NCBI GenBank assembly: GCA_963754315.1
Contig: CAVWFS010000018.1
Location: 192,001-256,000 of the forward strand
Direction of reading: 5' to 3'
Source: an uncultured Candidatus Rokubacteria bacterium
GTDB lineage: Bacteria; Methylomirabilota; Methylomirabilia; Rokubacteriales; CSP1-6
DNA: 64,000 nt
Shown piece after piece: positions 50,430 to 60,866 of this stretch (positions within the stretch are counted from its first letter, which is position 1; each line of letters opens with the position of its first letter). A program made the translations under genes and the position numbers. Below the pieces are notes generated by a model. That model was not told the origin of the DNA. It saw only the letters and a list, made by a program, of their open reading frames with translations, and made no database searches.

Positions 50430-51104
50430 CTACAAAGGCTCCGTATGGCCCCACACGATGGCCAGCACGGTGGCGCCATTCTTGGTGGTCACCGTGTGCA
50501 CGCAACCGTTGGGTCGATAGTTCATGTTGCCGGTGGTTACCGGACCAGATTCGTCGGCGTTGGCTCCTTCGATGAGGAAGATCAGCTCATCCCCCACGTG
50601 GCGATGACGGGCGAGGGTGGCGCCTGGCTCGAAGCGCGCCAGGATCGCCCGCCGCTGGTTGACCGGGTCGTCCCAGATCTTCTTCTGTCGCACTCCGGGA
50701 CGGGTCTCCACCCAGGGCAGGTCGCTCACGGTGAAGATCTGCGAGGGCGGAGCACTGCCTCGCTCGGTGACGGGTTCGATGCCGCCAGTGAGGATGGCCA
50801 GCACGGTGGCACCGTGCCGGGCGGAGACGGTATGAACGCAGCCGTGGGGACGGTACCCCATGTTGCCCGCCGTCACCGTCCCGAACTCATCGGTGATAGC
50901 GCCCTCGATGACGAAAACGAGCTCATCGCCGACGTGGCGGTGGAAAGGCAGCTTGGCGTCGGGCTCGATGCGGGTCATGAGAGCCCGCCGCTTGGTTTCT
51001 GGATGCTCCCAGATGCTCTTCATCCGGACTCCAGGCTGCCGCTCCTGCCAGGGAAGATCGCTGAGGGTGATGATCTCGGACAACGGCGTCTTTGTCGTCG
51101 TCAT
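50430..51104 (-). CDS. Tandem ChrR-like cupin-domain protein
   Basis: Two copies of HRHVGDEL.F.IEG...YRP.GCVHTV. Confidence 0.85.
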   Translation of the reverse strand: MTTTKTPLSEIITLSDLPWQERQPGVRMKSIWEHPETKRRALMTRIEPDAKLPFHRHVGDELVFVIEGAITDEFGTVTAGNMGYRPHGCVHTVSARHGATVLAILTGGIEPVTERGSAPPSQIFTVSDLPWVETRPGVRQKKIWDDPVNQRRAILARFEPGATLARHRHVGDELIFLIEGANADESGPVTTGNMNYRPNGCVHTVTTKNGATVLAIVWGHTEPL

Positions 51105-51350
51105 GCTGGTCCTTTCCGGGTTGCGCCCCGTGAGATCAGGGAGAGTGCACGGTGACCTGCTTGCACTCGCGTTCCGACGCATCCTTCGAGGTGAGAGTCC
51201 TCACCCCCGACGAGCCCCACATCAGCGCCACTTCGAGCAGGGCGTGTGCGAAATTGGCCAAGCGTAAGGCGATGCTGGCGAGGGGTCAAGTCAACGTTGG
51301 CACCCGTTGCGGGTGCGTGTCCACTCAGCCTGGAACGAGGACGAGATCAC

Positions 51351-52928
51351 TCATACAAATGCCTGGGGAAGCTCTGCCTCCGCCTGCGCAAGCCAGTAGC
51401 GCATGTCCATCTCGCGGTACATGCGTGGCGGTGCTGAGATGCTCGCAGGCGTTCCCCGGCCGAAGCGCCCGTGGAGCTTCCGAGGCCGGTGCATGGCTCG
51501 AGGGTCGTAGTCGCGCGGCTCGGCCAGGACCAGGGCCTGGCGGTAGTGGGCCTCGCCGCCTCGGAGTCGAACTGGTCGGGATGGATCGCGATGTCGCTGA
51601 GCAGGTGTAGCGCGTGGGCAGCGAACCCGTGGTGGCCGGGGGAGGATTCGATGGCACGCTCCCCCAGACCCCGCGCCTCCTCGAGCCGGCCCAGCAGCAG
51701 CGAGGTGCGACCGAGCGACTGATCGGCCCAACCACGAAAGCCCACCACCCCACTGGCCGCCAAACGCTCACCGAGCTCTCGGCCTTCCTGGAGCCGGTTG
51801 TGCGCCTCGTTCGCGTCACCGAGCTGGGCGAGCACCCACGTGGACGAGGCGATCGTCGTACGGAGAAACATCAGCGCATGTCCCGCTCGAAACACGGCCA
51901 GGCCGCGCTCGATCGCGGGCGCGCCCGTCCTCAGTCACCATTGATGAGGTTGCACGCCGGCGGCGAGGGCGCCAGCCGACGGGCGCAGGCTGCGCGCCAG
52001 AACGAGGCCGAGGGCTTCGGCCTCGTAGACAGCGGGCTCGCTGAATCTGCCCAGACGGGCGAGGCTGTGAACGAGCCAACAGCGATCGTCGAGACCGACG
52101 CGGGGGCGACGTTGCCGAAGGACTCGTAGATCAGTCGGCCGGCAACGCCGCCAGGTTGTGGGTGGCCAGCGCGACCAGCCACGCTCGTAATCGCCCCGGA
52201 AGAAATGCGCCTGTTCGAGATAGGTGGTGGTGACGAGGCGGAGGCCTCAAGTCGCCGAGACGGTGCGCGATCTCCAGCGCGCGCTCACCGGTTCCGAGCG
52301 CTTCCTCGAGTTCGCCAAGGTTGTTATAGGCGGTGGTCATAAACGCGCAGACACGCCCGCGCCGGTGATCGTCGTTCGAGCCGTTCGGCCAGCACCTCCG
52401 CTTCGCGCAACTGGGCGAGGGCCAGCCGGATCTCCCCGAGCTGGGCGAGCCGTAGCGCGCCGCAAGGCGTGATCCTCGTGCGCGAGGGGGGCGCCAGAGA
52501 AGGCCATGATGCCGCCGCCGATCCGCGTGGTTGACGGTGCCCGCGTAATGCTGGACGGCCTCCATCATCCGCTCGAGTGGCGGATAGAGGATCCGGCGCG
52601 CCTCCTCCGGATCGCGGTCGGCAAGTAGCTCCATCGAGCCCTTGAGGTCGGCGAACCACAGCGTGACCTGTTTACGATCCCCTCGAGGGCTACGCCGGAG
52701 CTCAAGATGCGCTCGGCGAGATGCTCGGGGACTTACGCGCGAGGGGAGGCGAAGCGGTCCGGCGAGGCGGGCTGCGGCAACCGCGCTGCGCCACACGCTC
52801 CGCAGAACTTCATACCGGGCGTACCTCTGCCGCCGCAGGAGGCACAGCCGGCTGGCCAGGCGCGTCCGCAGTCCTCGCGGAACATGAGGCCGTGGCGGTT
52901 CTCCGCTTGGCAGCCAGGGGCACGTCAT
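51351..52928 (-). pseudogene. Degraded zinc-ribbon/adenylate-guanylate cyclase/TPR gene
   Basis: RKQVTLWFADLKGSMELLADRDPEEARRIL..RMMEAVQHYAGTVN, TPR-like pieces, C-terminal MYREMDMRYWLAQAE scattered over several frames. Confidence 0.8.
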
Positions 52929-53060
52929 GGGCGCATCAGCCGGTCTTGGCGACCGCACGGATCGGGCGTCATGTCCCTGGATGTGTGACCATCGGCCAGT
53001 CCTCGCGTATATCATAGGAATACTGGACATACCTGATCATGATACTCAGGAGGAATATCG

Positions 53061-53297
53061 ATGAGCGTCATCTCCCTCAAGCTACCTGACGACCTGCTGG
53101 AGGCGAGTAATCGCTGCGCAATCGCGCTGAAGCTGTCGCGGGCGGCGTACATCCGGCGAGCCGTGGAGCGCATGAACCGGGAGACGCAGGCCCGGCTCCG
53201 GGCCCGCCGGCTCGCCGACGCGTCGCAAAGGGTCCGCGCCGAGAGCATGAAGGTCAACGCCGAGTTCGCTGCCGTCGAGCGCGTCCCGGATGCTTAG
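53061..53297 (+). CDS. Ribbon-helix-helix (CopG-like) antitoxin
   Basis: ISLKLPDDLL..SRAAYIRRAV; AGGAGG SD; overlaps the toxin. Confidence 0.85.
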   Translation: MSVISLKLPDDLLEASNRCAIALKLSRAAYIRRAVERMNRETQARLRARRLADASQRVRAESMKVNAEFAAVERVPDA

Positions 53298-53640
53298 CCG
53301 GGGCGAGGTGTGGCTGGCTAGCCTCGATCCCCGACGGGGAACCGAGCCAGGCAAGACCCGACCTGTCCTCGTCGTCCAGGCGCAGGCGCTGCTTGACGCC
53401 AGTCACCCGTCCACCCTGGTCATTCCCCTTACCACGAGCCTGATCGAGGACGCCGAGCCGCTGCGCATCCGGGTCCCGGCGTCCCGAGGTTTGCGGCAAG
53501 CGTCCGATCTGCTCGTGGACCAACTCCGGGCCATCGACAATCGGCGCCTCATACGAGGGCCACTCACTCGCCTGTCTTCCGCCGTGATGACGAAGGTTGA
53601 GGGCGCCATGCGCGAGGTCCTTGAGTTGGCAGAGGGATAG
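53290..53640 (+). CDS. mazF: PemK/MazF family toxin
   Basis: RGEVWLASLDPRRGTEPGKTRPVLVVQ, IPLTT, DQLRAID. Confidence 0.92.
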   Translation: MLSRGEVWLASLDPRRGTEPGKTRPVLVVQAQALLDASHPSTLVIPLTTSLIEDAEPLRIRVPASRGLRQASDLLVDQLRAIDNRRLIRGPLTRLSSAVMTKVEGAMREVLELAEG

Positions 53641-53741
53641 GCGGTCGGCCGCGCAGCGGGCCCGCCCGGCGTGATCCTCGTGGGCAAGCGGCGCGCCGAC
53701 GAGGAAATGAGGCCCGCGTCGGCGACAACATCCTCACCCCC

Positions 53742-54870
53742 TCACGCCAGGGCGAGGTTGTAGAGCCTGGCCACGTTCTCGCGCACGATTCGCCGCTTGT
53801 CCGTCTCGGGAACGTCTTTGAAATCCCGCTCCACCACCTCGCGCGAGTGCGGCCAGGTGGAGACGGTGTGAGGATAGTCGGAGGACCACATGATGTTCTC
53901 CACCCCGATGAATTCCCGGGAGGCCACGCCGACTCGATCGTCGATGAATGTGGCGAAGATCTGGCGTCGGAAATACTCACTCGGCCTGAGCGTGAGCGGC
54001 GCTGGATAGAGATACCGGTATTCTTCCTGGGCCTGGTCCAGCTTCTGGAGGAAAAACGGCAGCCAGCCGACCTCGTTCTCGGCGGAGACAACCTTCAGGC
54101 GCGGGAAGCGCTCCAGCACGCCGGAAAAGATCAAGGTGACCAAGGTGCGCTGCACTTCGTGGCTGAGGACGGTCGAGCGGACGTAGCGATCCAGGGGCTG
54201 TTTGATGGCCAGCCGGCTCTCCGCACCCATCCCCGTGATGCTGTGCAGGCTGAGGGGCATGTTGAGCTCCTGCGCCTCGGCCCAGAACGGATCGTAGAGC
54301 GGAGGAGCTATAGGGCCGGTCTTCGGGCGGGGAGGCCCAGATGACGGCGCCCTTGAGGCCTCCCTTGGCGCAGCGCCGCAGCTCCTTCACGCCCTCATCG
54401 ATGTCGTAGAGGGAGATCAGGGCGAGGCCGGCCAGTCGCGTCGGCGCGTAGGCACAGTACTCGGCCAGCCAGTCGTTGTAGACCCGAAAACACGCGCGCT
54501 GGAGCGCCGCGTCGGTGAACCAGAACTGGCGAAAGCCGAGGGTGGTGTAGATCACGTCGGCCTCGACCCCGTCGAGATCCATGTCCTTGACGCGCTCCGC
54601 CGGGTCCCAGCCGCCAGGGCGTCCATCCTTGTACGTGGACGCCTGAAAGAACTGGGGAAGTTCCTCGGGCGTCTTCCCGGCTCCCATGCCCTGGGCGAGA
54701 TGGACGGGAGCGACTCCCTCCAACAGCAGATAGGCTCCCGGTCGTTGCCCGGGCGGGTTCTCGACGACCCGGGGCGCACGCTCGCGGAACGGCTTGTCGA
54801 TACGCTCGACCCACAGATCGCCCGGTTCGTTCACGTGAGAATCGGCGGAGATCAGCTTCACCTCACCCAT
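53742..54870 (-). CDS. Amidohydrolase_2 family protein, frameshift near 54300
   Basis: ISADSH in ORF 53977..54870; LSLH, AENEVGW, WSSDYPH in ORF 53742..54260. Confidence 0.87.
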
Positions 54871-54908
54871 GCCGCACCTCCAGCGGGAGCGCTACGCTCC
54901 GCCTGGCC

Positions 54909-55899
54909 TCACTTCTTGATGAGCTGCTTCAGGAGCGCGCCACCTTCTGGTAGTCCTGGTCCCACCACTTCTCGAAGTCCTCGCCGCTCATGTACTGGAC
55001 CCGCTCCCCCAGCTTGCCCATCAGGGACTTGAACGCCTCGTCGTCGACCATGCCCTTCAGCCCCTGGCGCAGCTTGGCGACCACCTCGGGAGGTGTCCCG
55101 GCGGGGACCATCAACGTGTGCCAGATGGAGTGTGTCACGTCGTAGCCCAGCTCCTTCAGGGTGGGGACGTCCGGATAGGCGGGCAGGCGCTTGTCCGATG
55201 TCATGGCCAGCAAACGGATCTTGCGCGCCTCCACCTGGGCGGCGCACACGGCCGGTACCACACAGTGGCTGATGTCGACGTGCTTGCCGAGCACGGCCAT
55301 CATGATCGGGCCACCCCGGTGGTGGGCATGTGGCGGGCCCGCACGCCGGTGGCCTTCAGGATCTGCTCCCACATGAAGTGCGTCGTGCTATAGACACCGG
55401 CGGAGGCGTACTGGAACTCGTCGGGCTTCTGCCGCGCCTCGGCCACGAACTCCTGGAACGTCTTCCAGCGAGACTCGGTATTCACCATGACGGCGAACGG
55501 CGTCACCGTGACCTGCCCGATGGGGATGAACTGCTCCTTCTTGAAGGCCGGGGTCCGCCCCAGCATCTGATCGACCTGGGGCAGCTCGGTCAGCACGTTG
55601 AGGCCGTGCAGGAGCGTATACCCATCCGGCTTGGCATTGGCCGCGTACTGGGCGCCGACGGCCCCACTGCCGCCCGCCTTGTTGATGACGACCATGGGCT
55701 GGCCGAGGTGTGTATGAGCGACGCTGGCCAGCGGGCGCGCGACGGTATCCGTCCCGCCGCCAGGCGGAAAGGGAACGACCAAGGTGATTGGCTTCGTCGG
55801 GAAGGCCGCGGCGGCAGGTACGAGAAGGCTCGCGCCGGCCGCCAGGGTGGCGGCGAGGATCGCGCCGATGACGACGAAGGGTCGAGCGTTCAGCATCAT
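54909..55899 (-). CDS. tctC: Tripartite tricarboxylate transporter binding protein (Bug/TctC), frameshifts near 55315 and 54940
   Basis: PTKPITLVVPFPPGGGTD, NKAGGSG, PDGYTL, PDVPTLKELG, PAGTP. Confidence 0.87.
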
Positions 55900-57443
55900 C
55901 CTCCTCCTTTCGCAGTGAGAGGGCCTTGGGGTAGGGCTTGGGTGGGCTTCTCACCGCGCCGCGCCTGCGCATGCTTCAGGGACGAGACCACGTGAGCGAC
56001 GAGGATCAGGACGGCCGCGCTCAGCATCACCGCCGAAATGGGCCGGCTGACAAAGATCCCGAACTCGCCCCGGGACATCATGAGCCCCTGCCGGAGGGCC
56101 TGCTCCATCATGGGCCCCAGCACCATGGCCAGGACGATGGGCGCCGTGTCGAAGCCGACTTTTCGCAAGAGATAGCCGGCCACCCCGGCGATCCCCATGA
56201 TCCAGAGGTCGGTGACGCTGAGGTTGACGCTGTAGACGCCGACGAAGCAGACGAGCAGGATGCCGGGGAAGAGAAAACGCTGGGGCACGCGCAGAAAGTT
56301 GATGAACAACCCGACCAGGGGAAGGTTGAGAACCAGGAGCATGACGTTGCCGATGTACATGCTGGCGATCAGCCCCCAGAACACCTCGGGTCGCTGCTCC
56401 ATGAGGACGGGTCCCGGTTTCACGCCGTGGATCAGCAGCGCGACCATCATGGTGGCCGTGGCCGGCGATGACGGAATGCCCAGGGCCAGGAACGGGATCA
56501 TGGCGCCGCCGGTGGCGGCGTTGTTCGCCGACTCCGGCCCCGCCACCCCTTCGATGCGTCCAGTCCCGAACTCTTCCGGGCGTCCGGACAGGCGTTTTTC
56601 CATCGCATAGGAGACGAAGGTCGAGATGACATGGGCCGCGCCGGGAAGGATGCCGATCAGGAACCCCACCCCCGAGCCGCGGACGATGGGCCCGAGCGAG
56701 CGCTTCCAGTCCTCGCGCGTGGGCAGGAGCGCGGAGAGCTTCGGCTTGATGACGTCCCGCACCGCCGTCTGCTCGATGGTGGTCAGGATCTCCGCCACCC
56801 CGAAGAGGCCCATGGCCACCGCCAGGAAGCTGACTCCATCGCCAAGGTCGGCGCGGCCGTGGGTGAACCGCGCGAAGCCTGACAGGTGGTCGATACCGAC
56901 CATGGCCAGCCCGAGCCCGAGAACGATCATCATCAGAGCCTTCAACACCGATCCAGTCCCCATGTAGGCCAGGATCACGAGACCCAGCACCATGAGGGAG
57001 AACTGCTCCGGGGGCCCGAACTTCAGCGCCAGGCGAGCCAGGAGCGGGGCCAGCAGCATCAAGCCCAGCACGCTGAGCGTCCCCGCGATGTAGGAGCCGA
57101 TGGCGGCAATCGACAGCGCCGGTCCGGCCCGCCCCTGGCGCGCCATCTGGTAACCGTCCAGACAGGTCACCACTGAGGCGGCTTCGCCCGGAATGTTCAC
57201 GAGGATCGACGTGGTGGATCCTCCATACATGGCGCCGTAGTAGATCCCGGCCAGCATGATGATGGCGGACACGGGCTCCATCCCGAAGGTGGTGGGGAGC
57301 AGGATGGTGATGCCACCCAGCGGGCCGATCCCGGGCAGGACGCCCACGATTGTTCCCAGCAGGACGCCCAGCGCGCAGTACAGGAGGTTGGTCGTGGTCA
57401 GGCTGACCGAAAACCCGTAGAGGAGACTCTGCCAGGCATCCAT
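55896..57443 (-). CDS. tctA: Tripartite tricarboxylate transporter large permease
   Basis: GVLPGIG, YYGAMYGGS..SILVNIPGE, GPESANNA, LGIP. Confidence 0.93.
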   Translation of the reverse strand: MDAWQSLLYGFSVSLTTTNLLYCALGVLLGTIVGVLPGIGPLGGITILLPTTFGMEPVSAIIMLAGIYYGAMYGGSTTSILVNIPGEAASVVTCLDGYQMARQGRAGPALSIAAIGSYIAGTLSVLGLMLLAPLLARLALKFGPPEQFSLMVLGLVILAYMGTGSVLKALMMIVLGLGLAMVGIDHLSGFARFTHGRADLGDGVSFLAVAMGLFGVAEILTTIEQTAVRDVIKPKLSALLPTREDWKRSLGPIVRGSGVGFLIGILPGAAHVISTFVSYAMEKRLSGRPEEFGTGRIEGVAGPESANNAATGGAMIPFLALGIPSSPATATMMVALLIHGVKPGPVLMEQRPEVFWGLIASMYIGNVMLLVLNLPLVGLFINFLRVPQRFLFPGILLVCFVGVYSVNLSVTDLWIMGIAGVAGYLLRKVGFDTAPIVLAMVLGPMMEQALRQGLMMSRGEFGIFVSRPISAVMLSAAVLILVAHVVSSLKHAQARRGEKPTQALPQGPLTAKGGG

Positions 57444-57453
57444 GCGCGACCCG

Positions 57454-57900
57454 TCAGAACGGCACGATGCCGGACGGCAAGGCGATCCGGAGCGCGCGGC
57501 TGAACACGACGTACGACAGTAACGGTTCCGACCAGCGCTCCCACCACGACGGTGGCCCAGCTCTTCGTCCCCAGCGCTCGCATGGCCACCCCGAGAAATA
57601 ACGCCATCGCGATGGGGAACCCGGCCCGCTCGAAGAGCCACACCGCGGCGACGAGACTCCCTACCAGGTAGAACACGGCGGGCTGCTCTGGCCACAGCCG
57701 CTTCGAGTCGGGGGCCGGGCTGGCGAGGCTCTGCACCAGGAGCATGATGGAGAGGACGCCCAGAGTCAGACCGAGAAAGAGTGGAAAGAAGCCCGCCCCC
57801 GGCATGCGAAAACTCCCGAGCGGAACCTGGAGCGCCTCGACGCAGATCCACGCGCTCAGAAGCAAGAAGGCGCCAGCCACCGAGCTAGCCTTGGAGTCAC
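57454..57900 (-). CDS. tctB: Tripartite tricarboxylate transporter small permease, frameshift near 57520; start uncertain
   Basis: PGAGFFP, FERAGF, ...LPSG C-terminus; upstream of tctA. Confidence 0.8.
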
Positions 57901-58968
57901 TTGCTCCTTGAGCCTGATGTCTTCGTAGGGGGCCGTGCCCGCCATGTTGGTGCTCAGGTGCCATAGAGCGGGGCGGGCCAGTAGAAGTCGAAGCTCTGCG
58001 GAATGATGCTGGCCGTGACCTTCGAGAGCCCGAGGGTCTCGGCCTGATTGATGGCCGCGCGGTCGATGGCCAGGTTGGCGGCGAGGCGCACGCGGCGGTC
58101 CGCCCAGGGCGATTTGGGATCCCACTGCTCGGCGAAGAGGAGCCAGCTGCGTGACGGGCAGGTACGTCGGTTTGAGCGTCAATCCTGGCGTCCGCCGCAG
58201 TTCCTCGGCCAGCGGTCCGCGGAACAGGGTCGAGATGTCGGCCTCGCCGCGCTTGAGCATGGCTAGGCGCGTGGCTTCGTCGGGGACTGACTTGATCACG
58301 AGATGCTTGACACTGGGGGTCTTGCGCCAGAATTGCTCGTGAGCTTCCAGCACCAGCTCCACACCGGGCTTGTAGGCGACGAACTTGTAGGGACCGGCGC
58401 CGACCGGCGCCTTCTTGAAGCCATCGTCGCCCACGCGCTCCACGTACTTCTTGGGCACGACCCAGCCGGCCCCGGTGGCGGGTGTGCCGTAAAAGGTCAT
58501 GAAGTCGGGCCAGGGCTGCCTGAGACGGAAGCGAATCCGTCCGGGGTCGACGACCTCCACGGCGGCCACGCGAGCGCGGTAGGTGGCGGCCGCCGCCCCC
58601 TTGTAGCGGTCGAACGAGAACTTCACGTCCTCCGCGGACAGGGTGTCGCCGTTGTGAAACTTGACCCCCTGGCGCAGGACGAACTCATAGGTGAGCCCGT
58701 CTGGCGACGTCGTCCACGACTCCGCGAGGCTGGGCGCCAGGGGCTTACCCGGCATGGGCTTCACCACGGCGTCGTGGAGGGCGTAGTAGAAGAGGTAGGG
58801 GGTGATGATGCCCTCAGCCTCGGCGGGATCGAACCAACGGGGGGCGATAGATACCGCCTGCAGGGAGACCACCTGGCCCTCGGGGGCAGCCGCGGATGGC
58901 AAAGCCCAGGCCACTGCCGTCGCGCCGATGAAGGCAAGCGCACCAAGCCGTCGACCGATTCTCGTCAT
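57898..58968 (-). pseudogene. Family-5 ABC binding protein with frameshift (~58145) and large C-proximal deletion
   Basis: Paralog-like to ...FDFYWPAPLY, then jumps to the terminal motif APYEDIRLK. Confidence 0.8.
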
Positions 58969-59002
58969 CGTCGTCCTAGCCTCTGGGGATTTTTCCTTCT
59001 TG

Positions 59003-59893
59003 CTATCCTCCGGCGGCGGCGCCACGCGTGGGCACCTCGCCGACGGCGGGCCCGATCGAGGCTGCCGCCACCGTGTCGGGCACGGCGGCGCGCCCGACGC
59101 TCTGGCGCAGCTTGGGATCCAGGTGGTCGCGCAGCCAGTCACCCATCAGGTTGACGGCCAGCACGGTCAAGAGCATGGCCAGCCCTGGGAAGAGCGTGAT
59201 CCACCAGGCGGTAGCCAGGAACCCGCGCCCGTCGGCGATCATCAGCCCCCAGGCCGGATTGGGCGGCGGCACTCCCACACCAAGGAAGCTCAGGGTGCCC
59301 TCCAGGAGAATGACGTAGCCGACCTGAAGGGTCGAGATCACCAGCAGGGTGGGGACCACGTTGGGGAAGATATGTCGCGAGATGATCCAACTGCTCGATC
59401 GCCCGGCCACGACCGCCAGCGCCACGAAGTCCTGCTCCTTGATGCCCAAGGTCTCGCCGCGCATCTGCCTGGCGAAGCGCGGCCACAGGAGCAGGGCAAT
59501 CACCAGGATCACATTGCGAAAGCTCGGCTCCGACACCGCCACCAGCACGACCGCGATGAGAATTGTCGGCAGCGACAGGCCGATGTCGGTCAGCCGCATG
59601 AGGACGGCATCGGTCAGACCCCCGCGATAGCCTGAAATCAGGCCCAGCAATGTGCCCAACGTCCCGGCGAACCCGATGGCGATGATGGAGACGATCAGCG
59701 AGATTTGGCTCCCGTAGATGATCCGGCTCAGCACGTCACGGCCGAAGCGATCGGTCCCCAGCGGATGCGTCCAGTCACCTCGTTCCATCCACACGGGCGG
59801 GATCAGCTTCTGGGTGATGTCGCCCTCGGTCGGGCTATGGGGAGCCAGGTACGGCGCGAACAGCGCGGTGAGGACCAGCACGGCCAACACCAC
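59003..59893 (-). CDS. dppC: Peptide ABC permease (DppC/OppC); start uncertain
   Basis: LGTDRFGRDVLSRIIYG, HIFPN, LSFLGVGVPPP, GDWLRD. Confidence 0.92.
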   Translation of the reverse strand: MVLAVLVLTALFAPYLAPHSPTEGDITQKLIPPVWMERGDWTHPLGTDRFGRDVLSRIIYGSQISLIVSIIAIGFAGTLGTLLGLISGYRGGLTDAVLMRLTDIGLSLPTILIAVVLVAVSEPSFRNVILVIALLLWPRFARQMRGETLGIKEQDFVALAVVAGRSSSWIISRHIFPNVVPTLLVISTLQVGYVILLEGTLSFLGVGVPPPNPAWGLMIADGRGFLATAWWITLFPGLAMLLTVLAVNLMGDWLRDHLDPKLRQSVGRAAVPDTVAAASIGPAVGEVPTRGAAAGG

Positions 59894-59918
59894 GCCGGGG
59901 AACCAGGGGATGTCGCGC

Positions 59919-60842
59919 CTACGCGGTGTGATGGCGGATCCTCGGGTTGAGGTAGCTATACAGCATGTCGACGAACAGATTCCCCGTGAGGTAGAGGCCG
60001 CTCAGCACGAGCACGCCGGCCTGCACAACCGGATAATCGCGGGTGGTGATCGATTCGAGGATCAGCCGCCCCAGACCTGGCCACGCAAACACGGTCTCCG
60101 TCACCACAGCGCCTCCCAGGAACTGCACGAAGAGCATGACGGCAAAGGTGGTGACGGGGAGCAGGGCGTTCTTCAGACCGTGCTTCCAGAGCACGACCTG
60201 TTCGTGCAGACCCTTGAGGCGGGCAAACTTGATGTAGTCCGAGCCCAGCACCTCCAGCATGGCCGATCGGGTCAGGCGCAGGATGGCCGCTGAGGTGAAA
60301 TACCCCAAGGTGAAGGCGGGGAGGATCAGGTGCTGCAGGCCGCCACGGCCGCCGGCCGGCAGCACCCCCAGCACGACCCCGAAGAACAGGATCAGCATCA
60401 GCCCCAGCCAGAAAGCGGGCATGGACTGTCCGAGCACGGCGAACACCCGCGCCCCGGTGTCGAGGGGTCGTCCCCGGCGCACGGCTGCGTACATGCCGAG
60501 GGGAACCCCAATGAGAACGCTCAGGAACATGGCCACGAATCCCAACTCGACGGTGGCGGGCAGGCGTTCCCAGATGTGCTCGGTGACGGGTCGCCTGGTC
60601 AGGACGGAGTTGCCGAAGTCTCCCAGGGCAATGTTCTTGACATAGAGGCCGTACTGGACCGGCAGCGGTTGATCGAGACCCAGATGGCGCATCAGGATCT
60701 CCTGATCGCGCTCGCTGGCGTTGACGTCCAGCAACAGATGCACGGGATTGCCGGACAATCGAGTTAACACGAACACGATGCTGATTACCACCAGCATGCT
60801 GAGCAAAGTCTGCAGAGCCCGTCCGACCAGGTAGCGCCCCAT
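59919..60842 (-). CDS. dppB: Peptide ABC permease (DppB/OppB)
   Basis: GLDQPL, GDFG, PAFWLG, RLKGL, ETVFAWPGLG, RDYPVVQ. Confidence 0.93.
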   Translation of the reverse strand: MGRYLVGRALQTLLSMLVVISIVFVLTRLSGNPVHLLLDVNASERDQEILMRHLGLDQPLPVQYGLYVKNIALGDFGNSVLTRRPVTEHIWERLPATVELGFVAMFLSVLIGVPLGMYAAVRRGRPLDTGARVFAVLGQSMPAFWLGLMLILFFGVVLGVLPAGGRGGLQHLILPAFTLGYFTSAAILRLTRSAMLEVLGSDYIKFARLKGLHEQVVLWKHGLKNALLPVTTFAVMLFVQFLGGAVVTETVFAWPGLGRLILESITTRDYPVVQAGVLVLSGLYLTGNLFVDMLYSYLNPRIRHHTA

Positions 60843-60866
60843 GTCGCCCTCAGTCCTCCTCGGGCA

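Noticed and set aside
10352..58150. About a dozen single-base frameshifts (near 10655, 19125, 43300, 44790, 47295, 49138, 54300, 54940, 55315, 57520, 58145) as programmed frameshifting or phase variation
   Set aside because: Scattered over unrelated, otherwise intact genes with no shared slippery motif; most simply explained by sequencing/consensus indels. Read mapping would settle it
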